Shown in pieces: positions 42,410 through 54,386 of a DNA stretch of 64,000 bases. Where the stretch lies: the NCBI RefSeq assembly GCF_056746865.1, contig NZ_CM163382.1; one strand, written 5' to 3'. Both the position numbers and the translations under genes were made by a program. The notes under the pieces are model-generated. The model was not told the origin of the DNA. It ran no database searches and saw nothing but the letters and a program-made list of their open reading frames with translations. Position 1 is the first letter of the stretch. Each line of letters begins with the position of its first letter.

Positions 42410-43010
42410 GTACAGGCTCAATGCCGGCGCTGGTATTGTAGAAATCAATCCTGCCCCTGATGTCGGAGATACTCTCGTTAACCTTCCTGATTGTATCCTC
42501 TGCTCAGTCAATGGGTTGCCAATGGGGGCACCCTTTCCTGACTGATTCGTCATTTCATTCTTATTGTATGTTACTGGCATTACACCAGTGCTGGCATACT
42601 TTCCTGCGTGTCTGCACCGGTTTGACAAAATTCAACAGGGATAAAATAGTGCAGGAAACTGAAGCATTACTTGCAGAGCCGGGAGACATCCGGCGTTTTA
42701 TTCAACAGGCAGTGGATCACTGGCCGCATTTTCTGATTGTCCACTTCACACACAATTCGACAGAAGGAAACATCAACGGACAACAGATTCATGCATTCTG
42801 AACTTCCTTTTATGAACGTATTACTGAACGTAATCACACTGACAGTCCATCCTCGCCGGTGGTATTACGCTGGTTGCGTGAACAACATGAAGGAACAACA
42901 ATACCTGTTGCTGCTCAGCCATGTGGTGGCATGCAGCGGCACTTTAAGCAGCACAGGGCACTTTGAACTGCTCCGGGAATCCTGGAGACTAAACTCCCTG
43001 AGAAAGAGGT
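42410..43010 (+). pseudogene. Degenerate paralog of the alpA-downstream gene (13600-14304), frameshifted
   Basis: DNA and peptide similarity (DIRRFIQQAVDHWP, HFT...TEGNINGQQIHAF, LPFMNVLL, RRWYYAGC) with frame changes. Confidence 0.5.
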
Positions 43011-43267
43011 AAACAGGATGAGTATGATTCACAATTGGGGTAATTTGTTCCATTGCCTCAAATGCTGGCTGTACGCCACAGACTCTGCGTGTCTGGGTTA
43101 GCCAGTATGAGCGGGATACAGGGGCGCTTCACACATAACATTCCTTCTAATTTGCATAATTAATTACACTGATAGTCACATTCAATAACTATCATAAGCT
43201 ATCATCTGGCTGACTGTTATTTCGCAACAGTTATTGAGTAAATCTTTAACCTGTTAACAGAGGGTTT

Positions 43268-43792
43268 ATGAAACGTAAACTTATTGCCTTTGTGATTCTG
43301 GCTACATCATCCTGTGGATATGCAGCCACCAAAGATGTAACAATGAATCTTGTTGATAGTGACGGAAAAGAGCGAAATATTGGTAAAATAACCATCCAGA
43401 AGACACCCTACGGGCTGCTGTTCACCCCTGATCTTCACTCCTTACCCGCCGGCATTCATGGTTTTCATGTACATGAAAACGCAAGTTGTGCTCCTGCCCT
43501 GAAAGATGGAAAAACTGTCGCTGCTTTATCTGCAGGTGGTCACTTTGACCCGGAAAAAACAGGGAAGCATCTCGGTCCATGGTCTCCTGATGGCCACCTA
43601 GGTGATCTCCCTGCGCTTTATGTCACTCATGACGGAAAAGCAACCTACCCGGTGCTTGCGCCAAGACTATCTGAATTAAAGGAGCTCGATGGCCGTTCGC
43701 TAATGCTCCACGCAGGAGGTGATAATCATGATGACCATCCTGAACCTCTAGGTGGCGGTGGTGCAAGAATTGCCTGTGGTATCATCCCATAA
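43268..43792 (+). CDS. sodC: Periplasmic Cu,Zn superoxide dismutase SodC
   Basis: Signal peptide plus Cu/Zn-binding histidine cluster (GFHVHE, GGHFDP) and C-terminal [12 protein letters not shown]. Confidence 0.85.
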   Translation: MKRKLIAFVILATSSCGYAATKDVTMNLVDSDGKERNIGKITIQKTPYGLLFTPDLHSLPAGIHGFHVHENASCAPALKDGKTVAALSAGGHFDPEKTGKHLGPWSPDGHLGDLPALYVTHDGKATYPVLAPRLSELKELDGRSLMLHAGGDNHDDHPEPLGGGGARIACGIIP

Positions 43793-43920
43793 TCAATCAG
43801 GTAAGGGATATCCTCCCTTACCCTTAATCTTCCCTGGCGGCATGTGCATATCTTTCAGTTACTGTGAGATACCTGTATTACGGTGTCTTTTTAGCTCACA
43901 GAAATATCAGACAGCCCGTT

Positions 43921-44145
43921 TCAGTGTTTTATTACCTTAATCTTTTTACGGCATTCTTCAGCTCTTGCGCATGCTATTTTTTCACCTGTTTCATAACATT
44001 GCTGGCAGCCTAATCCAAATTTCATCGCCATATCATAACCTTCCCGAAAACCTCGGAACCACGCGTTACGAAGGTATTCATCATATTCCCCGTAGTCAAT
44101 AATAACCATTTTATTTTCATGGGATTTTCCGGTATTCTCACTCAT
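43921..44145 (-). CDS. Small hypothetical protein, 74 aa, Cys-containing
   Basis: ATG at 44143-44145 preceded by RBS gaggt; sequence MSENTGKSHENKMVIIDYGEYDEYLRNAWFRGFREGYDMAMKFGLGCQQCYETGEKIACARAEECRKKIKVIKH; no family recognised. Confidence 0.4.
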   Translation of the reverse strand: MSENTGKSHENKMVIIDYGEYDEYLRNAWFRGFREGYDMAMKFGLGCQQCYETGEKIACARAEECRKKIKVIKH

Positions 44146-44959
44146 TTTCGATACCTCAATGCTTACAACAGAAAAGTATACTTTTACGAAGTTCGCCTTT
44201 GCAGGACTATATAAAGTTATCACTGGATGCAAGAGCCGGAAATCATGTATATCAGGATCAACTTTGTAATTCAATAACATATTATCCAGTGAAAAAGTAA
44301 GTATATTTAAGCTGGGGAAGGAGAAGGGGGACTTAATTTGATATTTTCATCAATAATATTATTTTACCTCCTCCATTATTCATTCAGGCCTGGTTCCGGG
44401 CGTAATTCCGATTTCTCTGTTGAAGCGATGCATTTATATTTAAATATTCACCTGTCATTGAATTTTATTTGAAATAGGAGAAAATCTCCTCCTGTACTAC
44501 AGATAACCCGGAATGTTCCTCGAAAGAAAATTCTGGCGCAGAATTCACGCCCGGTTCTGTTCAACATCATGCAGGATAACGATACCGAAACGTTAAACTC
44601 TGGCAATTCTCGTGTTATACACAGGCAGGAGTGATTACTACGGTAAGAATTGCTGAAAAGGGGAGAACACTGAAGGCCTTATTCGCGAAGAATAAAGGAG
44701 ACATTTCATGTAAATTATTATCAGAGATAACCTTCTCCAGGCGCTTTTGTTCGCTTCCTGAATTGCTACCTGATACATATTTACGGGATGCCAGCCTGGT
44801 GACTATAACTCCGAAAAGACCGATTATTGTATTGCGTGCATCCGGCATGTTTACAATGTACGCTGGTATCTAACGGAGTCTGACACAGATGCACGCAGGT
44901 GTATATTTTAACGTAATTATCCGGAAGGAACAGTATATTTTAATGCGGGAGTTGCATGA

Positions 44960-45734
<775 letters not shown>

Positions 45735-45740
45735 CTAGCT

Positions 45741-45777
<37 letters not shown>

Positions 45778-46149
45778 TAATTACACTGTGGGTTGACGCC
45801 GGAAGAATCAGAGAACAGATACCGTTCTTACTGTAAAACGTGGCTAATATTAATTGAGCACTGCAGTGTTCAGAGCACAAAGAAGAAAAAAGATGTGTGC
45901 GAATGCCTGTAATGTGTTAAAAGAATGTTCCGCGTTTCCGGTACGCTTTTCGTAACTAACAATGCAGGGTGACGTAACGCTGGTTGTGCCGGAAACGCGT
46001 CCCTCCCCCTATCTTTCCTGTTTGGATTTGCCCCTATATTTCTGGATTATCCGACAAAACCGGCGTGAAGTATTACTCTCGTCGCCCAGCACCATAAGGA
46101 TAACGCCCATAAAATCATGAAACTTTTCTTCCAGATTGGATACAATCAG

Positions 46150-46482
46150 GCCGTATCCCGTATTACAGGCTTATCACGTGTGACAGTCAGTCTCTGGGTG
46201 TGTTCAGGAACATTCCCTGAAATGTCAACCCGGCCTCCAGAGCGAGGACTTCTGGCCCCATGGAGGGAGTGGTTAAAAGAGCAACGAGAAAGTGGTAACT
46301 TCGGCGCGTGGCTGCAAGGATGGCAGCTGATGCTGCGGCTATATGTGAGGCAATCGGCAGTCGCTGGAATAATGGGGGTTGTCGAAAGTCATGTAAATAG
46401 ACTAAAAATGCTGAAAGGCCAGATGTATGGTCGAGCCGGATTTGAACTACTCAGACAGAGGGTCATGAGTCCACTGGCATGA
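46150..46482 (+). pseudogene. Duplicate of the ISL3-like transposase C-terminal fragment seen at 23102-23446
   Basis: Identical peptide ...SRITGLSRVTVSLWVCSGTFPEMSTRPPERG...VNRLKMLKGQMYGRAGFELLRQRVMSPLA. Confidence 0.5.
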
Positions 46483-46536
46483 AAATCTCCATCCAGGTTG
46501 CGTAAGAGCCACTTTTCATCCGTCGTCGATATCTGG

Positions 46537-46690
46537 GATAGCCATAGTGAAATAAAAAGCTGTCTGAATTAAATTATTTTGCACATATATTTTAATCCTG
46601 CACTGAATTAAGAATGGGTAATCAGTGACTGCTTGGACGGTCACTTTTAAGAGAAGGCATTAACAGAGAATGGTAAACAGGCTCAATATA
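46537..46690 (+). repeat. Uninterrupted copy of the sequence that flanks both sides of the IS256-family element at 21012-22329
   Basis: 46537-46602 matches 20936-21011 and 46603-46690 matches 22330-22420 with few mismatches. Confidence 0.7.
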
Positions 46691-47143
46691 TTATGTTGTT
46701 GGCACTACAGATGAATGATGGGATGATATTTTCCAATCCTTTCCATCCCACTCATAAGCGAAACTATAGCGTGCTGAAACTTGTTTTTTATCTTCAAAAG
46801 TAAACGTGTAATTCCCTGTATCAAGAGCCATATTGCATCCAATGCGAATAGTTCTGAAGTTTATTTCTCCAACAGGTTTTTTTTTCAAAAAATGCTCAAA
46901 ATAGTCAACTCTTTCTGCATCTGTAATCCTAATTTTTTTTGATACTGTGGGCAGTAAGATCGCATCACTTAAATAGTTATCAGCAACCTTCTTGGCATCA
47001 CCTGTTTTTAATGATTCATTCCAGCGATCGAATAACCTTTCAATGTCTTTACTATCTACCCGAATACACTTAACATTATCTACGTCACTTGCCCACGACG
47101 CTCCAGAAAACAGACACAGAATTAAAATATTTATTTTTTTCAT
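46691..47143 (-). CDS. Secreted hypothetical protein, possibly NTF2/SnoaL-like fold; AT-rich gene
   Basis: Signal peptide MKKINILILCLFSGASWA; 150 aa; fold guess is from general sequence character only. Confidence 0.4.
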   Translation of the reverse strand: MKKINILILCLFSGASWASDVDNVKCIRVDSKDIERLFDRWNESLKTGDAKKVADNYLSDAILLPTVSKKIRITDAERVDYFEHFLKKKPVGEINFRTIRIGCNMALDTGNYTFTFEDKKQVSARYSFAYEWDGKDWKISSHHSSVVPTT

Positions 47144-47385
47144 AACTCCTCCTGATCAGCCTGAAACTTTTTTAAAGTTTAATCATATTAATACAGTGCA
47201 ACTATTTGATAGTAAAAACGATGTTCTCTATTTTGTTAATAGATACTTCCTATTGTGTATATATTATGAGATTATTAAGAATAATACTCTCTGGGTCGTA
47301 GAGACAGGGTATAAGTCACAGGCTGGTGTGGTTCGGATGTTCTTGCCCCCTCAATATCAGACTGCTATTGTATCTTAAGTTAACG

Positions 47386-47739
47386 TTATCCGCTGACGTC
47401 GATATTCCCGTGGTGAGAGATAACCTAACGCACTATGCGGATGGTTTTCATTGTAATGCTCGAACGCCTCTGCAAGGTTATGCAATGCCGTTATTACATT
47501 CAGTTTCGGCATGAACGCGATGTAGTCTTCATTCACGTTTTCACGAACCTTTCTGCCATTCTATTGCTCTGAGGGCTACTGACTGCCGTCGTGCAGGGCT
47601 CCAGATTCAACTCTCTGGCGAATTGCCGTGTTTCATGAGCCGTATAAGCCGAACCGTTATCCGTCCGCCACTGGATTGCTCGTTCCGGTCCTTTATCGCC
47701 AAAGCGTTTTTCTATCGCTCCTAACATCACATCCTGCAC
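47386..47739 (-). pseudogene. IS3-family OrfB (integrase core) C-terminal fragment
   Basis: [45 protein letters not shown] and downstream [14 protein letters not shown]. Confidence 0.55.
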
Positions 47740-48503
47740 TGTCGGCTTTATCGTAACCTCCCGTACTGGTCACGGGCAGACTGTTCATCATGTTAAACCC
47801 AGCCGCTGTCAGATCATGCACCGGCCGGATGGCGGGCTGACCTGCCCCGCCGCGCTGCTGCCCGCCAATCCATTTCTTACCTTCCTTCCCGGTGGCCTGA
47901 CGTCCGGCCTCGTCCCCTTTCACCGCATCACCGTCACCGCTGTTCACCACCTTCTTGTACTCTTCCAGCATCGCTGGCCTGCGTCCATTTGCTGCGATCA
48001 GAAAAGTCCATCATCCGTTTTGCCATGTTCTGGCAGTTCAGTTACGCCTTGTCGAAAGCCACATTCGCCTGCAGCACACCGTTGGTGATCATGTCGTACA
48101 GGCCGGGGTTGGCACGCTGTATCACCATCGCCGGCAGACTGGCAGCGGCGCCGGTCGCCCCCTAAATCACATCCCCCATCAGATTTTTAAAGCCGTCGGT
48201 CAATCCGTTAAGATGATTACCCACCGTGGTCTTCAGGTCAAAGTTGCCGCACATCAGATCGCTGCTCCAGCCCAGGTCCATACCCAGCTTCTGCATGTTG
48301 CTGCGCGTGGCCAACTGTGAGATCACCGAGCCGCCACCCAGCGTATAGAACAGTTTGTCGGATACGGCGCCATCCACGGATTTCCCGTAACCGAACGTGC
48401 TGTCATTCAGTTTCGGCAGGGAAAGAAGATCAGCCATCGCCGGAATACTGCAGTACAGCATCACACTCAGTGCCACCATACCTGTTTTCATCTTCATCAT
48501 CAT
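47740..48503 (-). pseudogene. Exported protein of a conjugative-element operon (weak TraH-like guess), interrupted by in-frame TAG at 48159-48161 and truncated by the IS3 fragment
   Basis: Signal peptide MMMKMKTGMVALSVMLYCSIPAMA; reading frame continues past TAG (GATGAAASLPAMVIQRANPGLYDMITNGVLQANVAFDKA); family assignment is weak. Confidence 0.3.
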
Positions 48504-48509
48504 GGTTCC

Positions 48510-48872
48510 TTAAAAATTCGTACTGCCAAGGAATCGCTGCCCGCGCTTTTCGAAGCAGCTGTAAGGCTGCCACAGTGCAAAGGCTGCATTACCGTTCTCC
48601 GCCGCCTGGTGTTCACCATCCGGGAAAACGGCACAGGAACGCGACACTGACGGCGTCAGTCGCTGCCATTTGTGATTGCGGGTGCCGGTGTTTTCCTCCA
48701 CCGCCTCCGGGGGCCAGTAGCCGTCACGTTTCACGCCCTTAACCTCCCTGTAGACATGCGACTCCCCCATCCGCGTGATAATGTCGGCCACCCGCTGAGC
48801 CCCCACCGCCGCGGCCCGGTCATCATCGCTCTGCATCACAAAACCACTCCGGTGATAAACGCTCCCCCACAT
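48510..48872 (-). CDS. Hypothetical protein in the same operon remnant
   Basis: 120-aa ORF between two signal-peptide genes; no family recognised. Confidence 0.3.
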   Translation of the reverse strand: MWGSVYHRSGFVMQSDDDRAAAVGAQRVADIITRMGESHVYREVKGVKRDGYWPPEAVEENTGTRNHKWQRLTPSVSRSCAVFPDGEHQAAENGNAAFALWQPYSCFEKRGQRFLGSTNF

Positions 48873-48953
48873 GTTTTTATCGGCCTAGCTGCCAATCTCG
48901 CGTTTGCCGGGAACCTGTGCCTCTGGATACAGGGATTCAGGTAATCCCGTTCG

Positions 48954-49484
48954 CTAGACGATGCTGTCCAGGGTACTGAGGAAATAGGCCATGGCCGGTG
49001 TCACCGGTGAATCACAGCTGAATCCGGGTACCATCCCGCCGATAAGCTGTGTGGCCGGATGACCCAGCGCATCTGCATATTTGAAACGAATTGCTGAACG
49101 GCGCTTCCCCTGTATTTTCATATCCGCCGGATTTCCCCCGCCGGCACTCAGCCCGGACAGGCCGTCAGTGATGGCATTCTCCGGGCCACCTGCGGTCCGG
49201 CTGACCAGCGACATCTCTTTCCAGGGATTACCACCCGGTGCCGTATAGGTGGAAATAACCACTTCCGGGATGAAATGTGTCACCTTCACGGAAATTCTGA
49301 CCGTACAGCCAGACGCGCTGCAGTAAAGCCAGTAACAAATCCCGCTGACACGCCAGCTGATATAGTCCGGTGCCGCAGTACTGGCGATAATGCTGGCGGT
49401 GTTCAGTGATACAGACGCCAGGGGCAGTGATGCCACACTCAGTAACAGCACGCCGGTACGCAGACGACATTTCAGGGACATCAT
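48954..49484 (-). CDS. Exported hypothetical protein, cysteine-containing, conjugative-element-like
   Basis: Signal peptide; start ATG overlaps the upstream gene stop (ATGA coupling at 49481-49484). Confidence 0.4.
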   Translation of the reverse strand: MMSLKCRLRTGVLLLSVASLPLASVSLNTASIIASTAAPDYISWRVSGICYWLYCSASGCTVRISVKVTHFIPEVVISTYTAPGGNPWKEMSLVSRTAGGPENAITDGLSGLSAGGGNPADMKIQGKRRSAIRFKYADALGHPATQLIGGMVPGFSCDSPVTPAMAYFLSTLDSIV

Positions 49485-49876
49485 GGCTGCACTCCTCCCT
49501 CAGCACGGATTTTCCCGGCCATCACCACATCCATGGTGCCGTAAACCACCTCACTGTCATCAAACACCACGGCAGGGTATTTCTTCACGCCCAGCGACTA
49601 GGCATGTGCCACATCGCGGTAATGACCGGCCAGTTCCGCCTGCATCGTCTGCCATTCGGGAGACTTCATACGTACCCTGACCACCGATTCAGCCTCACCC
49701 GCATCAGCAGGCAACAGGCCCCAAAAGCGGCTCTGAAGCTGCTCAGGCGCATCCAGCAGAACCACCCTGACACCATCAGGAGGATTAACGGGAAGATGCT
49801 GAGAATCGGTATAAATTGTTGTGCCGGCAGACGCTGCCAGCGGCAGGAAAAACAGGGAACAGAAAATCCGGTACAT
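49481..49876 (-). pseudogene. Exported thioredoxin-fold-like protein (TrbB/DsbA-like guess) with in-frame TAG at 49598-49600
   Basis: Signal peptide MYRIFCSLFFLPLAASA; frame continues after TAG for 39 codons to a TGA that overlaps the next start. Confidence 0.35.
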
Positions 49877-50071
49877 CGTACACCTCAGTCAGATATTATC
49901 TGACTGACAGCGTGCGAAGAAAGCGCTCATTTATCAGCAATAAATTAAAAACGGGATTAAAAAATTACGGTGGGATCCGGGGAAGTGTATCTGCCAAGCA
50001 TAACAGACAGTCTGTGATTATACCCGGCCTTTCACAAAGCCGGGGAACTGATTCATACCAAGTGGTGATTT

Positions 50072-50323
50072 TCAACAATAAGTATAATGAGGTTGTCCCG
50101 GCACCGGTGGCAGTGGTTCGAGATAGACGTCATCAACAAAAACACAGGGGAATTTTTCAACTGCACATCCAGCACGCTCAGACATTACCTTCAGACTGAT
50201 ACCATGTTTCTCAGCATCAATAAAGAGGACATCTGCCCCTGTTTCATCCCGGAGATTTGTCGCATGATGCATGATCCGGTGTACTGAAGGACATGTTTTG
50301 TAACCAAAAACACATATACGCAT
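50072..50323 (-). CDS. Small glutaredoxin/thioredoxin-like protein (tentative)
   Basis: MRICVFGYKTCPSV... resembles a glutaredoxin-type N-terminus; start taken at internal Met. Confidence 0.35.
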   Translation of the reverse strand: MRICVFGYKTCPSVHRIMHHATNLRDETGADVLFIDAEKHGISLKVMSERAGCAVEKFPCVFVDDVYLEPLPPVPGQPHYTYC

Positions 50324-50809
50324 GTTGCACCTCCTGATCACTGGTTGACGCCGATAATAAAACAATAATGTGAGCGTAAAAAATGCACCTCATACCACAT
50401 TTCTGTAAAAGGCTCTGGCTATCACTGCAAAAAGCAAAATCTTAATTCCAGCATCACTTGTTACTCTCATTCCGTCACTTATATTTACCCACATGGCGAT
50501 GTATTTAATTACTGCCCATAAGAATAAAAGCCGCTGGCGGATTATTTCTTTATTACCCGGATGCGGTCACAAGCCCACACATCGTCAACTACCTGCCGGT
50601 AATATTAACTGTCAGAAGAACGCATACATCCGGATGTTTACAGAGTCGCGCGCCTGGTCACAGGTGACAACAGAAGTATGCCATACTAAAGGAGTAAACG
50701 GCGGGTCACTGGTGATCAAACACCTGCATCGTGTGTTGCTGCCACTGCCCTCAGGTGACAGAGGCAGCATCTTTACGTATTATAATGCGTTATATCGGGT
50801 TTGTTGTTA

Positions 50810-52897
50810 TCAGAACTGATAGTTCAGCGACATCCAGTAATTTCTCTCAGGTATCACATAACCCGTTGTCGATGCCCCCGTCTGGAAGTAATCACCCGCA
50901 TAAAGCGTACCACTGCCGGCACGATACAGACTTACGTCACTGTAATCCTTGTTAAGCACATTATTCACCGCTGCATTCAGCATCAGTGCATCCGTCACTT
51001 TCCACGACATGCCCGCATCCAGTACCGTCCAGGCTTTCAGATATTCACCTTTCTCATCATACACTTTCTTCTGTACAGCTGAGAGTGACGAATAATTCTG
51101 GGTGAAACGTGGCGTTTTCCCGCGGTAACGGGCACCCAGCCATGATGTCACCTCTTCAGTAATCTGCCAGTTCAGTTTCGCATTCACCATATGCTCAGGG
51201 GTGTAACTCAGTGGTGCACCTTTATTATCCCCATCCCGTTGTTCACTCTGCGTCCAGGTATAATTCAGAGACAGAGTCACATCCTCTGACAACAGAGGCA
51301 GTGTGCCGGCAAATTCCACGCCCTGAGTCCTAGCCTTTCCGCTGTTTGTGTAGCTGCGGGTATTATCATCAATGGAATAAGATACGATCTTGTTGGAGAA
51401 TTCTGTCATAAAGCCCGTGATATTGGCGTTCAGACCGGCATGATTATCGTAATACACGCCCGCTTCATAACTGACACTCTCCTCCGGCTTCAGGTCCGGG
51501 TTACCGAGAAGATTCGTACGCCCCTGACCGGACACACCGCTGATCCCCTTATGTAACTGCCCCATGCTGGGCGCCTTATATCCCGTGGTCACCCCACCTT
51601 TCAGCGTCCACGCATCAGTCACATCCCAGACCATATATGCCCGGGGACTGAAGTGTCCTCCGAACACCTCATAGCGTTCATAGCGGCTACCCGCAGTCAG
51701 TGCAAATGCATCCGTGATATACCACTCATCCTCAACAAATGCCGACCAGCTTTTCTGACGGAAGGTTTCACCAGTACTGGCGAGAACAACCCCGTCTTTC
51801 ATGGAGGAGTTCTGATACTCACCACCGACGGTAACCTTGTGTGATTCCCCCAGAGGTGCAAACAGTAATGAGCTCAGGATAAGATTCGACTCCTTAAGCT
51901 CCCTCGGCTGGCCGGCAAGCCCCCATTTATCACGCTGCAGTACGCTACGTACAAGCTGACGGCCTTTATTTTCCGTCTCATTCCAGTTCAGAGATGACTT
52001 CCAGGCTCCGAAGGTGAATGTATGATCATAGCCTGCTGAAATTTTATTACGCTCATAGCGCAGGGTGCGATCATAACCGCCCGTCAGACTGCCCAGCTGG
52101 CCATCTCGGTTATCATAACGCTGCCGGGCGATATCCATATCAATCCAGAGTACATCCTTGTCCGTCGCTTTCCAGTCAAGACGACCACCTGCATTATAAT
52201 TCTGTGATTCCGTGGGATAAGGGATACGCGTAGCTGAGGTGTCGCTCAGTGATGTGACCGATGAGCCCTGACGCTGCTGTGTGCTGCCACGTACCTGAAG
52301 GCTGAGTGAATCATCCACAAGGGGACCGCTGCTCCAGAAATTAAACTGGCTGCTGTTCCCCCATTTGTTACTTTCCTGCAGGTTCAGCCCGGCATTAACC
52401 GAAGAGCGCCATTTGTCTGCATTCTTTTTGGTGATGATATTCACCACGCCCCCCATGGCATCAGAGCCGTACAGAGTGGACATGGGGCCCCTGATAATCT
52501 CAATACGTTCGATGGCGGCCAGAGGTGGCATAAAACCCGTATTCATGGCAGCATAACCGTTTGGGGTTACGTCACTGCTCCCGCCCTGACGGACACCATC
52601 GATCAGTATCAGCGTATAACTGGCAGGCATTCCGCGGATGCTGATTTCGAGCCCACCTGTTTTACCCGTACCGCTTTCAACATCCACCCCCTCTACGGAT
52701 CTCAGTGCCTCCCCCAGATCATGATACTGGCTGGATCGCAAATCCTCCTGGCTGATCACTGAAACACTCGCAGCTGCACTGGTTAATTTTTTTTCATAGC
52801 CAGACGCCGTGACTACCATCACATCTTCCGCAGCCATACTGCTGACTGAAAACCCGAGACAAGGGATGGCTACTGAAGCCAGAGTGGTTACTCGCAT
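50810..52897 (-). CDS. iha: TonB-dependent outer-membrane receptor/adhesin, Iha-like (IrgA homolog adhesin)
   Basis: 695-aa ORF, signal peptide, plug and barrel features, C-terminal ...WMSLNYQF; close resemblance by memory to Iha; RBS ggagag. Confidence 0.75.
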   Translation of the reverse strand: MRVTTLASVAIPCLGFSVSSMAAEDVMVVTASGYEKKLTSAAASVSVISQEDLRSSQYHDLGEALRSVEGVDVESGTGKTGGLEISIRGMPASYTLILIDGVRQGGSSDVTPNGYAAMNTGFMPPLAAIERIEIIRGPMSTLYGSDAMGGVVNIITKKNADKWRSSVNAGLNLQESNKWGNSSQFNFWSSGPLVDDSLSLQVRGSTQQRQGSSVTSLSDTSATRIPYPTESQNYNAGGRLDWKATDKDVLWIDMDIARQRYDNRDGQLGSLTGGYDRTLRYERNKISAGYDHTFTFGAWKSSLNWNETENKGRQLVRSVLQRDKWGLAGQPRELKESNLILSSLLFAPLGESHKVTVGGEYQNSSMKDGVVLASTGETFRQKSWSAFVEDEWYITDAFALTAGSRYERYEVFGGHFSPRAYMVWDVTDAWTLKGGVTTGYKAPSMGQLHKGISGVSGQGRTNLLGNPDLKPEESVSYEAGVYYDNHAGLNANITGFMTEFSNKIVSYSIDDNTRSYTNSGKARTQGVEFAGTLPLLSEDVTLSLNYTWTQSEQRDGDNKGAPLSYTPEHMVNAKLNWQITEEVTSWLGARYRGKTPRFTQNYSSLSAVQKKVYDEKGEYLKAWTVLDAGMSWKVTDALMLNAAVNNVLNKDYSDVSLYRAGSGTLYAGDYFQTGASTTGYVIPERNYWMSLNYQF

Positions 52898-52946
52898 ATC
52901 TTCTCTCCGATTATATTAATCAGAGAGAAGATAAACAAACGCAAGA

Positions 52947-52963
52947 GATAATGAGAATGATTT
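52947..52963 (-). promoter_or_regulatory. Fur-box-like sequence upstream of iha
   Basis: GATAATGAGAATGATTT about 50 bp upstream of the iha start. Confidence 0.55.
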
Positions 52964-53221
52964 GCTTTTGGTTTTTACATAAAAAAGCAAAAAATTACAA
53001 AATATTACATAAGGTTCTACTATACCCCGAATTTCAGTTGAGGACGTTCTTTTCTCTAGGGGAAAGTAACGGATAGCAATCGTTGACGATCCATATCGGA
53101 TTTTTGCACTATGGGTATTTATCCAATCTTTATCAGTTTCTTGTCCTTGGATATGTTAATCATACACTATCGGATATTTCGTACATCAGACAGGTGAATA
53201 TAATTAATAATGAGGAGTTTT

Positions 53222-53494
53222 ATGGACAATAGAACAATTACTCTGCAGGAATTACTCGAGTACATGTCAATGCTTCGAGACGACATGAATGCTCTCACGG
53301 TTGCATTTTCATATCTGGCTTCATCGCTTCCTAAGGAACAGATGATACAAATACTGGCATTCATTCATTTTGAATCAAATAATTCCAGATGGTCTTCAGA
53401 ACAGCAGAAATCTTTCAAATGGCTAGCATCACTACTGGAGGGCTGTTATACAGTTCACACAAACATTTTTGATATACCATCAAAGAACCACTAG
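53222..53494 (+). CDS. Hypothetical protein, 90 aa, AT-rich
   Basis: RBS aggag 5 nt upstream of ATG 53222; no family recognised. Confidence 0.35.
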   Translation: MDNRTITLQELLEYMSMLRDDMNALTVAFSYLASSLPKEQMIQILAFIHFESNNSRWSSEQQKSFKWLASLLEGCYTVHTNIFDIPSKNH

Positions 53495-53817
53495 TACATT
53501 ATGATACATTCCCTCTGAAATATATTTCTACTTTGAGCGCCTCTGACTTTATGAGGCGCTTTGTCCAGCAAACCAAACATACTCGCTGGAAACAGAGTAA
53601 AGTATTATTATCCCCGATACATCTATATTTTACAACAGCGCATCCATATATTAATTAACGATGCAGTTAAGTTCCCCATTCTACCCAATTTACTGTTTTT
53701 GTTGTTTGAAAGAAGACTCTCATTAAGTGAGAGCCATCTGTAAGTATCCCGCATAATCGCTCCATTCATATTTAGAGATCATCCGGAATAATCAATCTGA
53801 TAACGAAGAAAATCGCT

Positions 53818-53943
53818 ATGCGTAAAGCCCGTATTACTGAGTATTAGATCATCGCTGTAATTAAATCGGTTGAAACCGGACGAACAATTAAAGATGTTTG
53901 TCGGGAAGCCGGTATTTCTGAAGCCACTTACTACATCTATTGA
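53818..53943 (+). pseudogene. IS3-family OrfA fragment with in-frame TAG
   Basis: MRKARITEY-stop-IIAVIKSVETGRTIKDVCREAGISEATYYIY is an HTH OrfA-like peptide. Confidence 0.45.
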
Positions 53944-54158
53944 CTACCTCAGTTTTGCAAGCACTGATTCTGGTTTTGGATTGTTGCTTACATCTATCCG
54001 GCATCAGGAAAACCTGTGCCCAAATAGGGAATCCACACACAATCGCCTCTACAACTGGACGACCTCTGAGGCCAGTACAAAAATCAGGTTCCGATTGTGC
54101 AGGTGCAACCCGTCACCATTTCTCAGTACGCTGCAACTTTTGCTGAAAGAGATTAACT

Positions 54159-54386
54159 TCACACTGCCTGATATTCTGTATCATTTATCAGCATCGACCA
54201 GATTATTCTCGCGTATTTGTTAGCAATCTCCACAGTAGTTTTATTAAATTCGCGACTCTCCTTTAACTGCTTAACCCACTGATTTAGGTATACATCATTA
54301 TTATTCGTAGCAACTCTAACGACAGCACGGACGCCATGAATAAAAAGTGTTTGCAGATGCTTGTCGCCTTTTTTCGTTATATTCAT
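54159..54386 (-). pseudogene. IS110-family transposase C-terminal fragment
   Basis: GDKHLQTLFIHGVRAVV...ANKYARIIWSML matches the IS110-family C-terminal region. Confidence 0.45.

Noticed and set aside
48159-49600. Dcm (CCWGG) deamination as a single explanation for all the amber codons
   Set aside because: Only the 49598 TAG sits in a CCTAG/CTAGG context; the others do not, so a single Dcm-driven mechanism is not supported.
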